A DNA stretch of 64,000 nt, from the NCBI GenBank assembly GCA_030141605.1, contig JAQGDQ010000435.1, positions 81,169 to 145,168 on the forward strand. The letters run 5' to 3'. The notes under the pieces were generated by a model. It was not told the origin of the DNA. It was given only the letters and a program-made list of their open reading frames with translations, and did no database searches. Source of the DNA: Tubiluchus corallicola. Its lineage: Eukaryota; Animalia; Priapulida. Numbering within the stretch: the stretch's first letter is position 1; every line of letters begins with the position of its first letter. The position numbers and the translations under genes were made by a program. Shown one piece after another: positions 36,014-49,601 of the stretch.

Positions 36014-38826
36014 ATAATATATATATATATACGCAAACAGCGTTAACCCAAACTTACGAGCCTTTTTCCACTCATTCTACAGATATTGAGAATTTTGCAT
36101 GCCGTTATGGTTGTCATGAATTAATGCACTACATTTACGAATACAAGCTCGAAGGCGCCCCTTTTGAGCGTAGACACCCGCGGGTCAAGCATACCTGTCA
36201 CGTATAATAATCCGCCAGATCAAATCCTTTGTACATATTAAATAAGATTTGCACGATTTATGCTGCAAAAATATTTTCTAAAACAGAAACATAAATTTGA
36301 GCAGCGGCCATAATTGTTTTGCCATAGACGAAGAGACCGGGTATATGTATAATGCCCATTATTCAAAAACACGGAAATAATTTTTAATTGCCAGAAATGG
36401 AACAATTAACAAAAATTTACAGTAAAGAAGTTTAAAACACAAGAGATTTTAGAAATTCCTTTCAGCTGTATATTCTTTTTATAGTATATTATGTATTGTA
36501 TCTGCATTTTTGTTTCATATTTTTTTCAATTTGCCACTAATCTATGCTGTACCAAGAAAAGATTTTCTTCTCAGTGCTGTCCTCAGGCATGCCACTCGCT
36601 TTAGTAATAATGCTTTTAAATTAGTTGATCGCAAACTGTTTAATTGCAATTGAATTCTTGTAAGTTGTGTTCCTACAGTAAATACAGTAAATTCAATTCA
36701 GTTTTTTAGCTTGTGATATCTTCTTGGGATTGAAGCTCCAGATAAGGTAAACTAAGGTTTCCCTTGTTACAACAAGCTCTGGGCTATGGACTATGGCCAG
36801 CCTTGTCGTTTGTCAGCTATTGTGACTTTTGACCTTGAACCACTCATTTAAGGTCAGATAGAGCTGGCAAGGTATAGGCTTATATTACGTTACGTTAGAT
36901 TAGATTAGATTAGATTAGATTACATGTACAACATAGACAAGAGATAATCTTTGTTCAAACACAATTAAAACAGTTTGCTGCTAAAGTCATTGCAACTTTT
37001 TTTCCTAATGTTAAGCATGGCGCTTCGAAAATTATAACCAATTGTAGTAACTACACTTTGAACCTTAATTTAAATATAAAAAATACAATTAAAAAATTGT
37101 CACATTTAAGATATATTTATCTTGATCACTTTTGATGGTACTGTAGAATAAAATATCATTAAACAAAAAGTAGCAACAGTATTCTTTGACAGACATGTTA
37201 ACTTAATTTCGAATTCGAGCAAATGATTTCCGTTATTGAGTTGAATACTAATTTATCCTAATCCATTTTGACGTAAAGCTAATGCGTGCTCTTTAATGCC
37301 TCTCCCATGGTTTTCTGTTTGCACAAGTCTGGTTTGCACATATTTTCAAAGCTGTACTCGCTAATATGCGGGTTATCACGTCAATGTTTGCCTAAATGTA
37401 ACAATTTATCTAGCGGCCTTTCTGTCGGCAGGCTAAGCTCAAAGCTTAACTTTTGCCTTGTGAGCCACATCGCCTGGTGTTAAGCATATATACCTGGCTT
37501 ATCGCAGTCTCAATTATGTATATTTGTTACAAAAATACCTGTAATTTCAGTGTCTACACGCTCAAGCAAATGAAAAGTGCTTGAGCTTAATTGGACGTGA
37601 TTCCTCAGGTAAACAGTTCACCTGTGAGCCAACCTGTTGAGCTTACCATCTCTGCATACAATCAGGTCTACAGGACACTCAATTAGCCCTGCTGTGTCAG
37701 AATAAATGATATTTCAATAATTTAAAACTGCAAGCTTTTCAAGGTTCTGATTTTTTTCTGGTTTATGGGACAGGTGGACGTCGAAAAATACGCAACCATA
37801 TTCGCTAAAAAACTTAGAATGTTATACAGATTATACAGAATACTTTTTTATAATACCATTCATTAGTATAGCACGTTTGCAATGTGAAACTACAACAACA
37901 TTGCTCAAGACATCACAGCATATGCAGGCTTACAGTGATGGCATCACTCAACTGACTCCGTGATACTTAGACAAATACCTAGTTAAATAAATTTTCTATC
38001 CCATTTTCTATGTTTAATGTAAGACCAACACAGGCAGAGACCACAATTCAGCAGCTGCATGCGGTATTAACATTGTTGAGTTATTCTATGTATTCTGCTT
38101 ATGCAAAGGTCAAGGTGCTGTGGGTTTGACAATAAACTTGGGCACGTGGCAGAGAGCAATGCTACCGCTAGCTGTCCATTGTGCGGCCAGTTGACCACCT
38201 GAGTGGACAGAACACTATACATATAAATAATTATATATATACATGTATTAACACGGGCAGGACATTAGTTAGGTCAACATTAATACGTGGACCTTGTTTG
38301 CCTGTTGTCTAGCTGTTGAAACTTTTTTATTCATCAGATGCTCCTGTCATTAGTAGTCGGCTTGTTTTTTATGGTGCACGTACGTACACACCTGGCACAA
38401 TAAGATCACCTGGGAAATAAATACGGGTGATACTGTATAGTGAATAGTTGTTTTCCATTTTAAATATTGCACGCATGTTCGCTACTTTTTATGTGAAATT
38501 TTGTTCAACTTAATGCTTTCATTTTTACCTTGTTATTAACGTTTTATTAATGCTTTCTATATACTTAATGTATGTATAAGTTATATGCACGTATTGTTTC
38601 GTATTGCGTATGTACGTTTGTATAGGTGTATGACTATATACAATTGTATAGTAAAGCATGTTATATAATATATCGATTCTTTCCCCATGATTATGTTGCT
38701 CTATATTATGTGATCTATGTTGGTCAATATTACACGAAATAGAAATTCCCGGCTTAAATCACTCTGAATGGAAATAAAAATAAATATTTTTTGTGAATGC
38801 ATATATGTGCCAATATGTGAATAAAG

Positions 38827-39016
<190 letters not shown>

Positions 39017-39767
39017 CGTATACTAATGCTGTGTAATGTCGAATACATGCTTTTCTAAACTGGAGTAGCTGAAAGTTGCAAAAGCTTTTCATAAACATTG
39101 TATCCTGTAACATTTATAGTAGCTTCAGCTGATATGACATTTATTTAATTTAAAACTTTGTAAGATTATTCGATGTTTGCAAAAAATTTTACCTGTTAGT
39201 AATAACAAAAGAAATAGTTAAATAATTTCGATGAACTCGTATGATATACTATACTGGTAAATTATTTAAATTCGTTGATATGCAGCAGACTAAAGGATCT
39301 GTCCATCACTTTCACTAATGTTTACCAAGTAGATTCGGCATAATAACAATTACCATATGAATAAGTAAGTCAACGGATTTTAACTGCTTAACTAGATTAT
39401 TAAACAATAAGCTTATTTGCCTGGCGGTTTTGAATAAACTTTTGGCACTAGAGTTTGGAGTAGGGGCACACGACAGCTGCTAACCGAGGGTATCATTTAC
39501 AAATTTAGCACTCATCAAAGAGAGATTACAGCGGGCTAAGTCGAAAACAATAAAGCCGAATTGACTGCGGTAAAGCTGGCCTATTGTTCGAGGACACTGA
39601 TTCTCCCGATAATACGCAGCTTTTACAATGACAACGGAGTGAGCAGTAGCCTAAATGATTCAGTGATTGCAGAGTATTCTGGTGTGAATATGGATCGGGA
39701 TTTATTAGAGATTTCACGCCTACAGAGAAAGTAATTGAATTTCAGAGAAAAAGAGCTACAGGCCTGT

Positions 39768-40000
39768 CCCAGGCATGTCCAAGTTTTACAAATGTGAACT
39801 TACCACAAGATTGTACCAATATTTTTAATATTGTTTGACAATACGGTTACCAGTATTGTCACAACATTGTCACAATGTGGAAAAAATATTGTCAAAAATA
39901 TTGGTACAATGTTGTGGCAAGTTCACATTTCAATATTGTCCCAATATTTGCGAAAACAATATTATGACAACATTGTGGAAATTTTGTCATGCTTCCTGGG
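39768..40000. mobile_element. CCCAG...CTGGG foldback MITE
   Basis: CCCAGG/CCTGGG termini, internal 36-bp inverted repeat (34/36 match) and ACAATATTG-type subrepeats; no TSD found. Confidence 0.6.
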
Positions 40001-41132
40001 CCGTTTTCAAACTATTTACAAGATGTTAAATTACCATTGAAACGAGCTTATTAAAAGTTTTGATTAGGGCCTTATTAGTTCAATTTGTTGCCGCGCTTTC
40101 TGAATAAAAAAAATCGGTAAAGTTGCGTTTTTGATTACTTTTGTAGAATTTTGACCGGTTTGTTTCCGCGAGAAAAAGTTAGGCTTAACTCTTTTCAGCT
40201 TCTTATTTTGGTGTCTTTGTTTTGTGTTGGAAAATCCCGATTTGGGCTCCTCTGATCTATATTTTCAGCGAGCTTGGTAATTTATCTTAAACAAAAAACG
40301 AACTCTGACGCATGCAAGCATTTGACTTTAAAATTTTAGCGAATGACAGACAAAATAGATAAACAAAATTTAGTGTGCCACATTAGAAAATGTTAACCAC
40401 TAAGAACAGTAGTGGCAGCATGAACACAGAGAAAATAGAAAATCTTATTTTTCTGACACCGGACAATAAATATTTTTAATGCATTTTTAATTAATTTTCG
40501 ATAAATAGCTATCATGAAAATCGTCCATTCTTCAAACATGTGCCGGTGTTTTCCAGGCTGTCACTCAGGTGTCTTTGCTGCTCATTCAGATTAAGTTCAA
40601 AAGCCAGCATAAGGAATGTAGCTAAATCAGAGCATTTCGTTATCCACAGGTGTGGTCTCTAGAAGAGGTAGTAATCATTCTAGTGGCTTGCGTCCGGTCA
40701 CGTTTAATGTGTTTGACCACTTGAGCCGATTTAGTGTTTGTCCAAGCGCTTAGCTTGTCGAAATGGGCTTAGTAATGTACCAAAGTTATCATTACGTCTG
40801 CATTAAGGCATTTTTGTGTGTGGTGAATGTTTAGGCTAATCCTGTGGACTGCACGATAGAGTTAGATCATTGTAAAAACGCCGATTGGCTAGTGCCATCG
40901 TTTACAAAGACAACTCTGCTGTTACTACCAATACGTTGGAATTAATAGAATTTTTACCAACGTTATCTGATTCTTGTTGTTTTTAAACCTTAAATTATAA
41001 AGCATGACTGATATTACAAATTGTGTTATGACTATAAATAATGATGATGATAACAAGATGAAACAATAACAGCAAGTACAACAACAGCAATAGCAGCGAC
41101 AAACAACAAGAGCAATAGCAACTGCAACAAGC

Positions 41133-41181
<49 letters not shown>

Positions 41182-41220
41182 GCAACAACAACAACAACAG
41201 CAGCAGAAGTAGCATCAACA
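41133..41220. repeat. (CAA)n microsatellite
   Basis: Directly visible; a (GAT)n tract at 41638-41783 lies on the other side of exon 2. Confidence 0.95.
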
Positions 41221-41342
41221 GCATGGTAGAGTAGAAAAGGTAGAAAGTGTAATTTGAAATTTCAGAGAAAAGGCATTAAAGGAGACCCAACAATTGGTCA
41301 TAGATAAAATGTAATAGGTAACTCAGAGGGTAAACTACTTAC

Positions 41343-41566
41343 CCATAACCACAATGTGCCCAAAGACAGTGTCAGCCTGCTCAATACTGCAGTTCCACCT
41401 CATGCTCTTGAACTGATATTGACATTCACGTATCCCTATCCTTGTTCCTTCACTGATCGCCACCAAGGCGTCCGGTCGGGACTGGCAGATTGCCCGCTGC
41501 TGCGGCGCCAAACCCGGGATGCGGTTGCAGATGATGTTGGCGCCCAGCGCTACAACAGACAGAGCT
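41343..41566 (-). CDS. WNT7: Wnt7 exon 2
   Basis: [33 protein letters not shown]...[14 protein letters not shown] closely resembles human WNT7B; phase 2-1. Confidence 0.97.
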
Positions 41567-42850
41567 CTGAAATAAGGAAAAAGGAAAAAAGCCTTTTAGA
41601 ATGGCATGTCCATGACAAAGGAATTTGGTGACTTTTGGTGATGATGTTGATGATGATGTTGTTGTTGATGATGATAATGATGAGGATGATGGTGATGATG
41701 ATGATGATGATGGCGATGGTGGTGATGATGATGATGACTACGACGATGGGTGATGAATGATAATGACGGCGACGGCGATGATGTTTCTGATGCTTTGCCA
41801 ACATTAGTCTACATTGTGAGCCTACAGTGTGTGCGTATCTTAAATTTAATTATATGTAATTTTTAAAATCTTTTCCGTAAGTTCTTCATTAAGTTCCTAG
41901 GGAACTCACTGGCTTAGTAAAAATGATGTAGGTATAAACGTTTTTCATCATAGTATGTTTGTAGCCTTGTTTGTGGTTAAAACATTTGTTATTAGTTTTG
42001 AGTTTTTAATTTTTGCATAATTACTCTAGATATATCTCTTTTTATTTAAAAAAAATCTAACAAAATTATTTTTAAATGCCGAAAATTGGTAAGGTGTATA
42101 ATTTTCCTGTAGTCTTGCAATAATTATCCCACTAATGTTTTTAAAGAACAGGCTTTCTCGGGATAATCATTGACGCAGTTTGCAAATAAACAGCCTTAAT
42201 TATTTGATAACGTAAATGTGTATTTTATTGGGAATATTACGATGTTACATGATAATTAAGTTATGCAAGTTTGACATTTTCGCTTCGTCTGTTATGCCTC
42301 GAACTATTGTATAAATAAGCAAAGTTAATTTATTGCATTTTATGTTCGAGAATTTGTGTTTTCACTGGCGATATGATGAAACTTAATGCTAAAAAAAAAG
42401 TATTTACATTTATTTCTGTGCAACTCAGTGAAGTTTTGGTGTTAGACTACAGGTTTATAAACTTTAAACAGTCAGTAGTTACTTGTAGGTTGAAAAAAAC
42501 GAAACCATTGTTTTTCCATACCATTTCTGTGCAGTTCTTTACAAGAGAGTTGTTTCCATGATAACTACAATCAGGGAAACACAGCAAGAAGAATATTCTG
42601 TAGTCACATTTCCATCTTTTTGCTGTAACTCGTTACTATTACTAGCCACACTGATTTTGTTTGGGCGATCTACATAAAAAAGCTCCGCCCACAAAACAGC
42701 TATCGTGCCATATTAGATTTTTATTACTCATTTAATGCAGCGTGCTAATATTACAATAGCATGGCGTTGCGATTACTATAGCTACAAACTTTTGCATGTG
42801 TTACTATTATTTCGTATGGCGAAAATGTCTTTTTTGACTAATATGGCACG

Positions 42851-42993
<143 letters not shown>

Positions 42994-43542
42994 ACAATGG
43001 GCGTATCTACTATGAATAATAATTAACCTGTACATAAGCCTACGTCTTTACATGCCAAGTATATCCTCCAGGCACTATTATAGTACAGACGTACGTCTAA
43101 GTACAGTCTGAACACTGCAAAGCCACCATACAAAGGCATCAGGGCTATATTGATGAAGAAATTTCACCATAATAAAGCAGAAAGACTCACTGAGTGTAGT
43201 ATGTAAAACAATTTAAACGCGCTGTATATATATATATATATGTAAGAAAACAAAAAAATTCAAAAAGCACCAACTGGCATTACTACTAGGTTTTAATTTA
43301 TAACGACAAATGAACCACGAAGCACAAAAGAAAACAGGAATGTTAAATTATCACTAAAAGCACAAAAATCACGAAACATTGCGTTTAGTGTTTACCGATG
43401 TGGTAATACAGTAAGTAAAAAAAATCAGTGTAAAATTTTAACATCTTCTTGTTTCTAATGTAATGTAGCCAGTTTATTAGCTATATGCTATTTAATATTT
43501 TATTGTTTAAGGTAAAAACTTTCAAAGAAATAGCCTTCATCA

Positions 43543-43860
43543 TAAGATAAGATAAGATAAGACAAGATAAGATAAGATAAGCATTTATTTTACGTCGATT
43601 TTAAGAACATACACAATTACAAGCTACAAGAGCTTATGTCATTGACGAATAAATAAAACTTTTCAGCTAAGGTTAAAAACTAATCAAATTAAAGACTGCA
43701 CAACCAAGAAGGGATTACAATTACCTGCGTGATTTGCCTAAATTTAGAAGAGAATTCCAGTTACTTGATTTGCCTAAATTTCCTGCAAAGCTTGCTGCTA
43801 CTATTCTTGTACTAAATTTACAATTTTGAAGACTAGAAATCACTTGGATAAGCGTAAACT
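43543..43860 (-). mobile_element. Probable LINE (CR1/L2-like) 3' end
   Basis: Minus strand: NWNSLL-like motif, AATAAA, then a (CTTAT)n tail. Confidence 0.45.
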
Positions 43861-44051
43861 AATATAGTTAAATTATTTATAGTATTATTGTAATGCGGCC
43901 TTTTTTTTTACAAATTACATTTATCTTACGGAGTATAGCGCGATGTTATATATGGTCACTGTAAGCCACTTAATGTAATAGGCCCATCACTCACACTCTT
44001 TAAGCATAGCTTGGGTCAAGAGCCTCCAAAGAGTGGCCTTGGGTCATGTGA

Positions 44052-44262
44052 ATAACATAACATAACGTAACGTAACGTAACATAGCATAGCATAGCATAG
44101 CATAGCATAGCATAGCATAGCATAACATAACATAACATAACATAACTTAACACAACATAACGTAACGTAACATAACTTAACATAACATAACATAGCACAG
44201 CACAACACAACACAACACAACACAACACAACACAACATAACATAACATAATACAACGTAACA
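44052..44262. repeat. Compound pentanucleotide array (CATAA/CGTAA/CATAG/CACAG/CACAA)
   Basis: Directly visible. Confidence 0.95.
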
Positions 44263-47200
44263 TGACATACACAAATACAACTGCGACGGATTCTTTTGAT
44301 TTCCTGTTCGATCATGACTATTTTGTTGTCTTCATATACAAATAGACTTATTACAAAATTAAACAACCCTCTCAAAGCAAGTGCCTGCCTGTGGGTTGAC
44401 ATCCGCAACTTGTAGGAGTCCGAATTTGCAGACATTTAACTACGGTGTATCACCGCTTTGTTACGCGCGTTTTCTAGTATAAACAAAACGTACTAAAATT
44501 ACACAAATTATGACAAATAGTAAAGGTAACAGAGCGCTATCTAAAATAAGCTCATACGTGTACGTGCATATAAGCACTTAAGATCTATATGAGTAAGCTA
44601 GGTAGTATGCGTCAATTTACACAATCAGCTGTTGAACTAATGGTGGGTGGTGGTGAAAATGAGTAATTTATTTTCGTCATGCGAACTAGGAAGCTTAAAC
44701 CACACAAACCTTAAATTCTGTTTAATTTTGCATGCAGCTTCGACAATTTGTGCGATTATTATTAATATTAATACTACTATTACTATTATTAATTACAAAA
44801 ACGTTTAAATTCCTAATTATTGTTATTAATTTTGAAATTATTTTAACTAAAAAATTACAACTACTATATTGTTAGATAAAATATAACTATTTTGATGACT
44901 GCAATAATTATTTTATTAATTTTAATTAAATAAATTTTCGTTATATCAACTTTCCTTCCGTTCCTTTTTCCGTCAGTTCAATCTATTAGTTTCAGTAAGA
45001 GAAAATATTGTAATGACGGCAGCCAAGAGGTACAGGGTTCAATACTGGATTGCTGAAATATTAATCTTTTTAGAATTTTATTGTATAAATTTTTCCTATT
45101 GTAAATTGCAAAACGTTCTGTTTTCCCAGAACATACATAACATGTGGTAAAGACTTGAAAAGGTGACTTATTCTATATAAGCCAATAACAAGTCTTAGCC
45201 CCTAACGTCTTGCAATTTTGGGATACGTAAGTTGCCATTTTATAGAATCCTCACAGTTATTATCATTAATTCGTCGAAATTATTATTTTTCGTGCTCTGC
45301 ATAGAGACATAATAGGAAAATGGAAACAAGACGGTCAATTTTTAAATATTTTGCTGCTCAGCAGGAAACGGAAATACTTTTCTCAGATATAAGCAATATT
45401 TTAGAAGCCGCCATTAAACAAATATTGTTAGGGTTAAGTGTAATGAATTAGATGTAACAACATTGAAATTATTTATTAAATTGCTGTCCGCGAATACTTG
45501 GATGCTCTAATATTGTTTATTTTTTATACAAAACCAGTATGAGTAAAAAAAAGCTCCAGTTACTATGCACAACCTTGCAGTCAGTTTTTGTTTATATTTT
45601 CGTTTATGTTTATGGAAGCTTTTTTGGCAGTGAGGTAACTTTTAATTAAATAATTAAAATTTTAAAATGTGGCTAATGTGGCAAAAAATAAGCATTCAGT
45701 AGAGCTAATTAGTTTCTAAACACCACATCGCGACTGCTGCGCCTCTCGCAAGATTTCTTTGAATTAAAAGACAAAAAAACGGGTGATACAAAAGGAGGTA
45801 ATAGATGAACGTGATGAAAGTCAAAAATCGAGTTTCGTCCATGCTTCGTCCTATACAGCATTGTAAATGTTTGTAGAAAGGTATTTGCTCTGTTCGCTAG
45901 TTAAATTCTATAGCTTTTAAATGTAAAATGTAAATAGTGACAAATGATACACGTACAGCACGCCTGATGTTTAAATAAGGTCCTTAAAAAGACAGAAAGT
46001 CTTGCGCTAGAATGCTGGTCTTATTGTCCACCACTCGCACGCCGGTTGACCTTATAATACAACTATATACAGACTAAAGTTAAATATTTTTCTAAAAATC
46101 AGGTGTTTTTCTAGCGCTTGTGCTAGTAGAGATTTGCAGGGTTTTGCTGGTTGGATATACGGGTGGCCTAGGCATGCATTATACCAGCTACAGATGCATG
46201 ATTTATGCAGAAATGCATAATGCAAGTCGCAACAATTAAAAAGCCTATGTGTACAAATACAATTTAGGTTTTGTAAGTTTAACACATTTTACAGCTGCGC
46301 GCTGCTTATAGCTCAACAAGAATTTGCTCTTTTTCCACAAACTGGCAGTGAATGAATGAAATGAATGAATGAATCATTAGATGGATCGAATGAAGCAAAT
46401 AATGCATAAATTTAATAAAGAAATTCAACTAGATAAATATACAGGTTGAATGACCGATAAGATTGTCTAATATTATAAATAGCTGATGTTATTATTGTTA
46501 AAGTGTAATTAAAGCTAGTTCAGAGAAATGGGCCTTTTTCCATTAATAAGACAGTTGAGATACAGATAAATAGCAGGCCTCTTACGCGTAATTATACAAG
46601 TGTCAATTTTTCTTGAAACTATGCAAAAAGTTTGTATCAATACGACATGTGACTTTGACTATAGTAATTTTAATCTATGTGATTCTGTTTTTATTTTTAT
46701 TCGACAATAATTTTTAAAATTTTTAGCTAATATTGAATAAACTACACGTGCGTATTGTTAGAGGGATGAACGTTTACTGCGCTGATATAAATAAATCATA
46801 GATATCAGCACATCCCTACTTTAACAATAAAAACTTCTAAATTAAAACTCAGCAAGTGTTGAAGAAATTTAAATTAAAAACAAATTTAAAAAGTTTTGAA
46901 AAAACATATAACAGTCTCGAAAAGTTGTATGTTAGACTTTCTAAGTTTTACAATTACAAACTCCAAATGTTTTGTAAATGTCAGCGCCGAAAGTTTTGTT
47001 AATTAAGTGCTAGCAAAACTCAAGTGAGCAAAGGTAGCTTATACATGGCGTACATAACTACATAAGCTTCTAAATAAAACTCGAGAATATGGGAAAAGAC
47101 TAAGGCGCGCTTAGTGTCCCCAGTGACCACTTAAGTCCAGTTACTGGTCACTTATGTACAATGATGTCCAGTGCCTTCAGGTACAACGTTTCCCAAGTAA

Positions 47201-47926
47201 TGATTACTGCTTTGTTATGTGCTACACCTATATAGTTTTATAGGAGGCCGGTATCATCATTCATTTGTGAGTTCTATAATATCATAACAAAAATTTATTT
47301 GTTTGATTTGACTACAAAATGTTGCAGCTTTTATCCCTTTCAACAATATCATTTGAAGTTGAACTTGAACACTCCTAATTTTATCGCTTCTTGTCTAGTT
47401 TGCTTCCCTTTTTATTCGCGAGTCTTTTCGTTTTTTTCCTGTGTCCAGACAAAAACCAGACCACATAAAAATATAATGTTGCCCAGTCCGGGGAATTTTA
47501 AAAAACCTACCAAGGCTGAGAGGTTGATGCATCGAAGACAAAGTGTGCCATTTTGGAAAAGAGTAATGTCTAATTTTAAAAACATTATTGTTTTGTTTTT
47601 CTATCATTTGTTAACGCCATTTTTATGTAGGTAATTGCTATTATGTCGATAGTTCAATTCTATAGATATTGATATATTCACACACGAAATATTGTCTTTG
47701 TGTTAATATTTTGTTAATTTGACAAATTCGTATAGCCTTTCAAGCATATTATTATTACTTTAATACGTTTTGAAAAACATTTAAACTTTTCATTATTTTA
47801 ATAAACCGATAACGGTGATAACAAAATGTATGCTTCAGAAATATTTGTGCATGTTCAGACCTACGTGAGAGAGAATGATAAAACAAAATTCTTGTTAGAA
47901 TTTTATCTAAAACTAATCAAACTTAC

Positions 47927-48009
47927 GATAACGGCCCTGTTGTCAGTACAACACAGACAACCAGTCCTACCATAAGAACGTCCGATCCTGACCAGAACGG
48001 AAGTACCAT
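47927..48009 (-). CDS. WNT7: Wnt7 exon 1 (signal peptide)
   Basis: MVLPFWSGSDVLMVGLVVCVVLTTGPL(S), hydrophobic; Kozak-like AGAATGG; GTAAGT donor in phase 2 as exon 2 requires. Total CDS 1062 bp (353 aa). Confidence 0.8.
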
Positions 48010-48602
48010 TCTGCCCAGACCTCTTTCGAGGATTTTCGGTATTTTATTATTTCTCGTCAAACAGAAATGGACGCAGGATGTGTCCCTGCGGGACCCCGCG
48101 CATTATCACTGTGTTCACATGTATATGTTTAAAACACTTTAGTCGAAAAAAGAAGCATTTTTGCATTAAAAAGCAAAATTTTTCTCTCCACAACACTAGT
48201 TTCCTTAACACTGTCACGCCTTTTCTATTTCGAGCATTTGTTATTTTGAACAACAAGATGTACACAATAAACACTTTTTTCTATTTATTCTCAGTTTTTA
48301 TGCTGAGATCGGTTTACTAATATACGAATAAATGAGCACAAAAAAGGATATCCTTTTTAGAAACGCAATAATTCGACTCGAATTCAACAAGTTCAAGTGT
48401 TAGCCTATCAAAATCGCTGATACACTGATAATGATTAGTAAATAGTAAACAAATCTTGGTCAGCAAATAAGATTTCCTGATTCCGCACGCGTGTGTAGTC
48501 CCTCTCTCAGCGGGATACCAGGCAGAAGGATAAAATTTCGGCAAAATATGGTCAGAAGAGCAACTATGGTGGCGGTGATCCTAAGAAGTTTCCCTACGTC
48601 TG

Positions 48603-48634
48603 CTGATTGGCGGACACTTGACTAGGCTCCGCCC
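48603..48634 (-). promoter_or_regulatory. Candidate Wnt7 promoter (GC box plus CCAAT box)
   Basis: Minus-strand GGGCGGAGCC (48625-34) followed by CCAATCAG (48603-10) in a CpG-richer patch about 600 bp upstream of the ATG. Confidence 0.5.
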
Positions 48635-48810
48635 GCAAGTCGGTATTTGTATAGGTGAGTTGGTGTATTTGCGACAAAGATATTTTAGTAATTGCAGCTT
48701 TCTGTGTCAGACTATGCGTTAAATTGGGAAGCAAACCAATCTATCATTCTACTAAAATTGTTAAAATCATTTATTAAGCTATACTGTAACTAATTTTAAT
48801 TTCTTTTAAT

Positions 48811-48914
48811 TGTAAAAGTAATGTTCTTTTAAATTCTTCAGCACCGAAGCACGTTTGTAAAGTGTAAAAGTAATGTTCTTTTAAATTCTTCAGCACCGAA
48901 ACACGTTTGTAAAG
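48811..48914 (+). repeat. 52-bp tandem duplication (1 mismatch)
   Basis: 48811-48862 and 48863-48914. Confidence 0.92.
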
Positions 48915-49451
48915 ATATTTACTTCACGAAACTGCGATTTGTGTGACATTGGGTGTTTTTCAGTTTTTGTTCAAACAATTGTATTTCCTATTTCATCGCT
49001 AACAATGCGCTTCTCCCAGCCAGTCTGGAGCCAACTATTCACTTTTTGGTTGAATTTGTTTTCTATTTTTGTTTGTTTGTTTGCTTGCTGGCTTGTTCGC
49101 TTATGTTTAATGTGATTTGTGTACTTTTCCTGATCTGTTTTATTAAAAATTGTTGTTGGATACAACTAGTCATTTTTAATCCCACTCGTTCAAGCTTGCT
49201 TGCTTTTCTAAGCGTTTTTTATCTCTTTTCTTTCTCTCTTTTCTCTTTATTTCTCTTTTCCTTGTTTACTTGCTTTTCCTTCCTTCCTGTCCACTTACTT
49301 CCTTCATTGTTTTTGGCTGCTTCCTTTCTTTGTTTTTCCCTTCTTTCTTTATTTCATCTTCTAATTTTTATTCTTTTTACTACTTTCTTTCTTTTCCGTC
49401 GTTTTGCTTTCTCCCTTCCTTTCTTTTTTTGCTTTCTCTTTCTGTTCTATT

Positions 49452-49601
<150 letters not shown>

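Noticed and set aside
43185-44315. Alternative Wnt7 exon-1 candidates (donors near 43190, 43724, 44270)
   Set aside because: No in-frame ATG gives the phase 2 that exon 2 requires.
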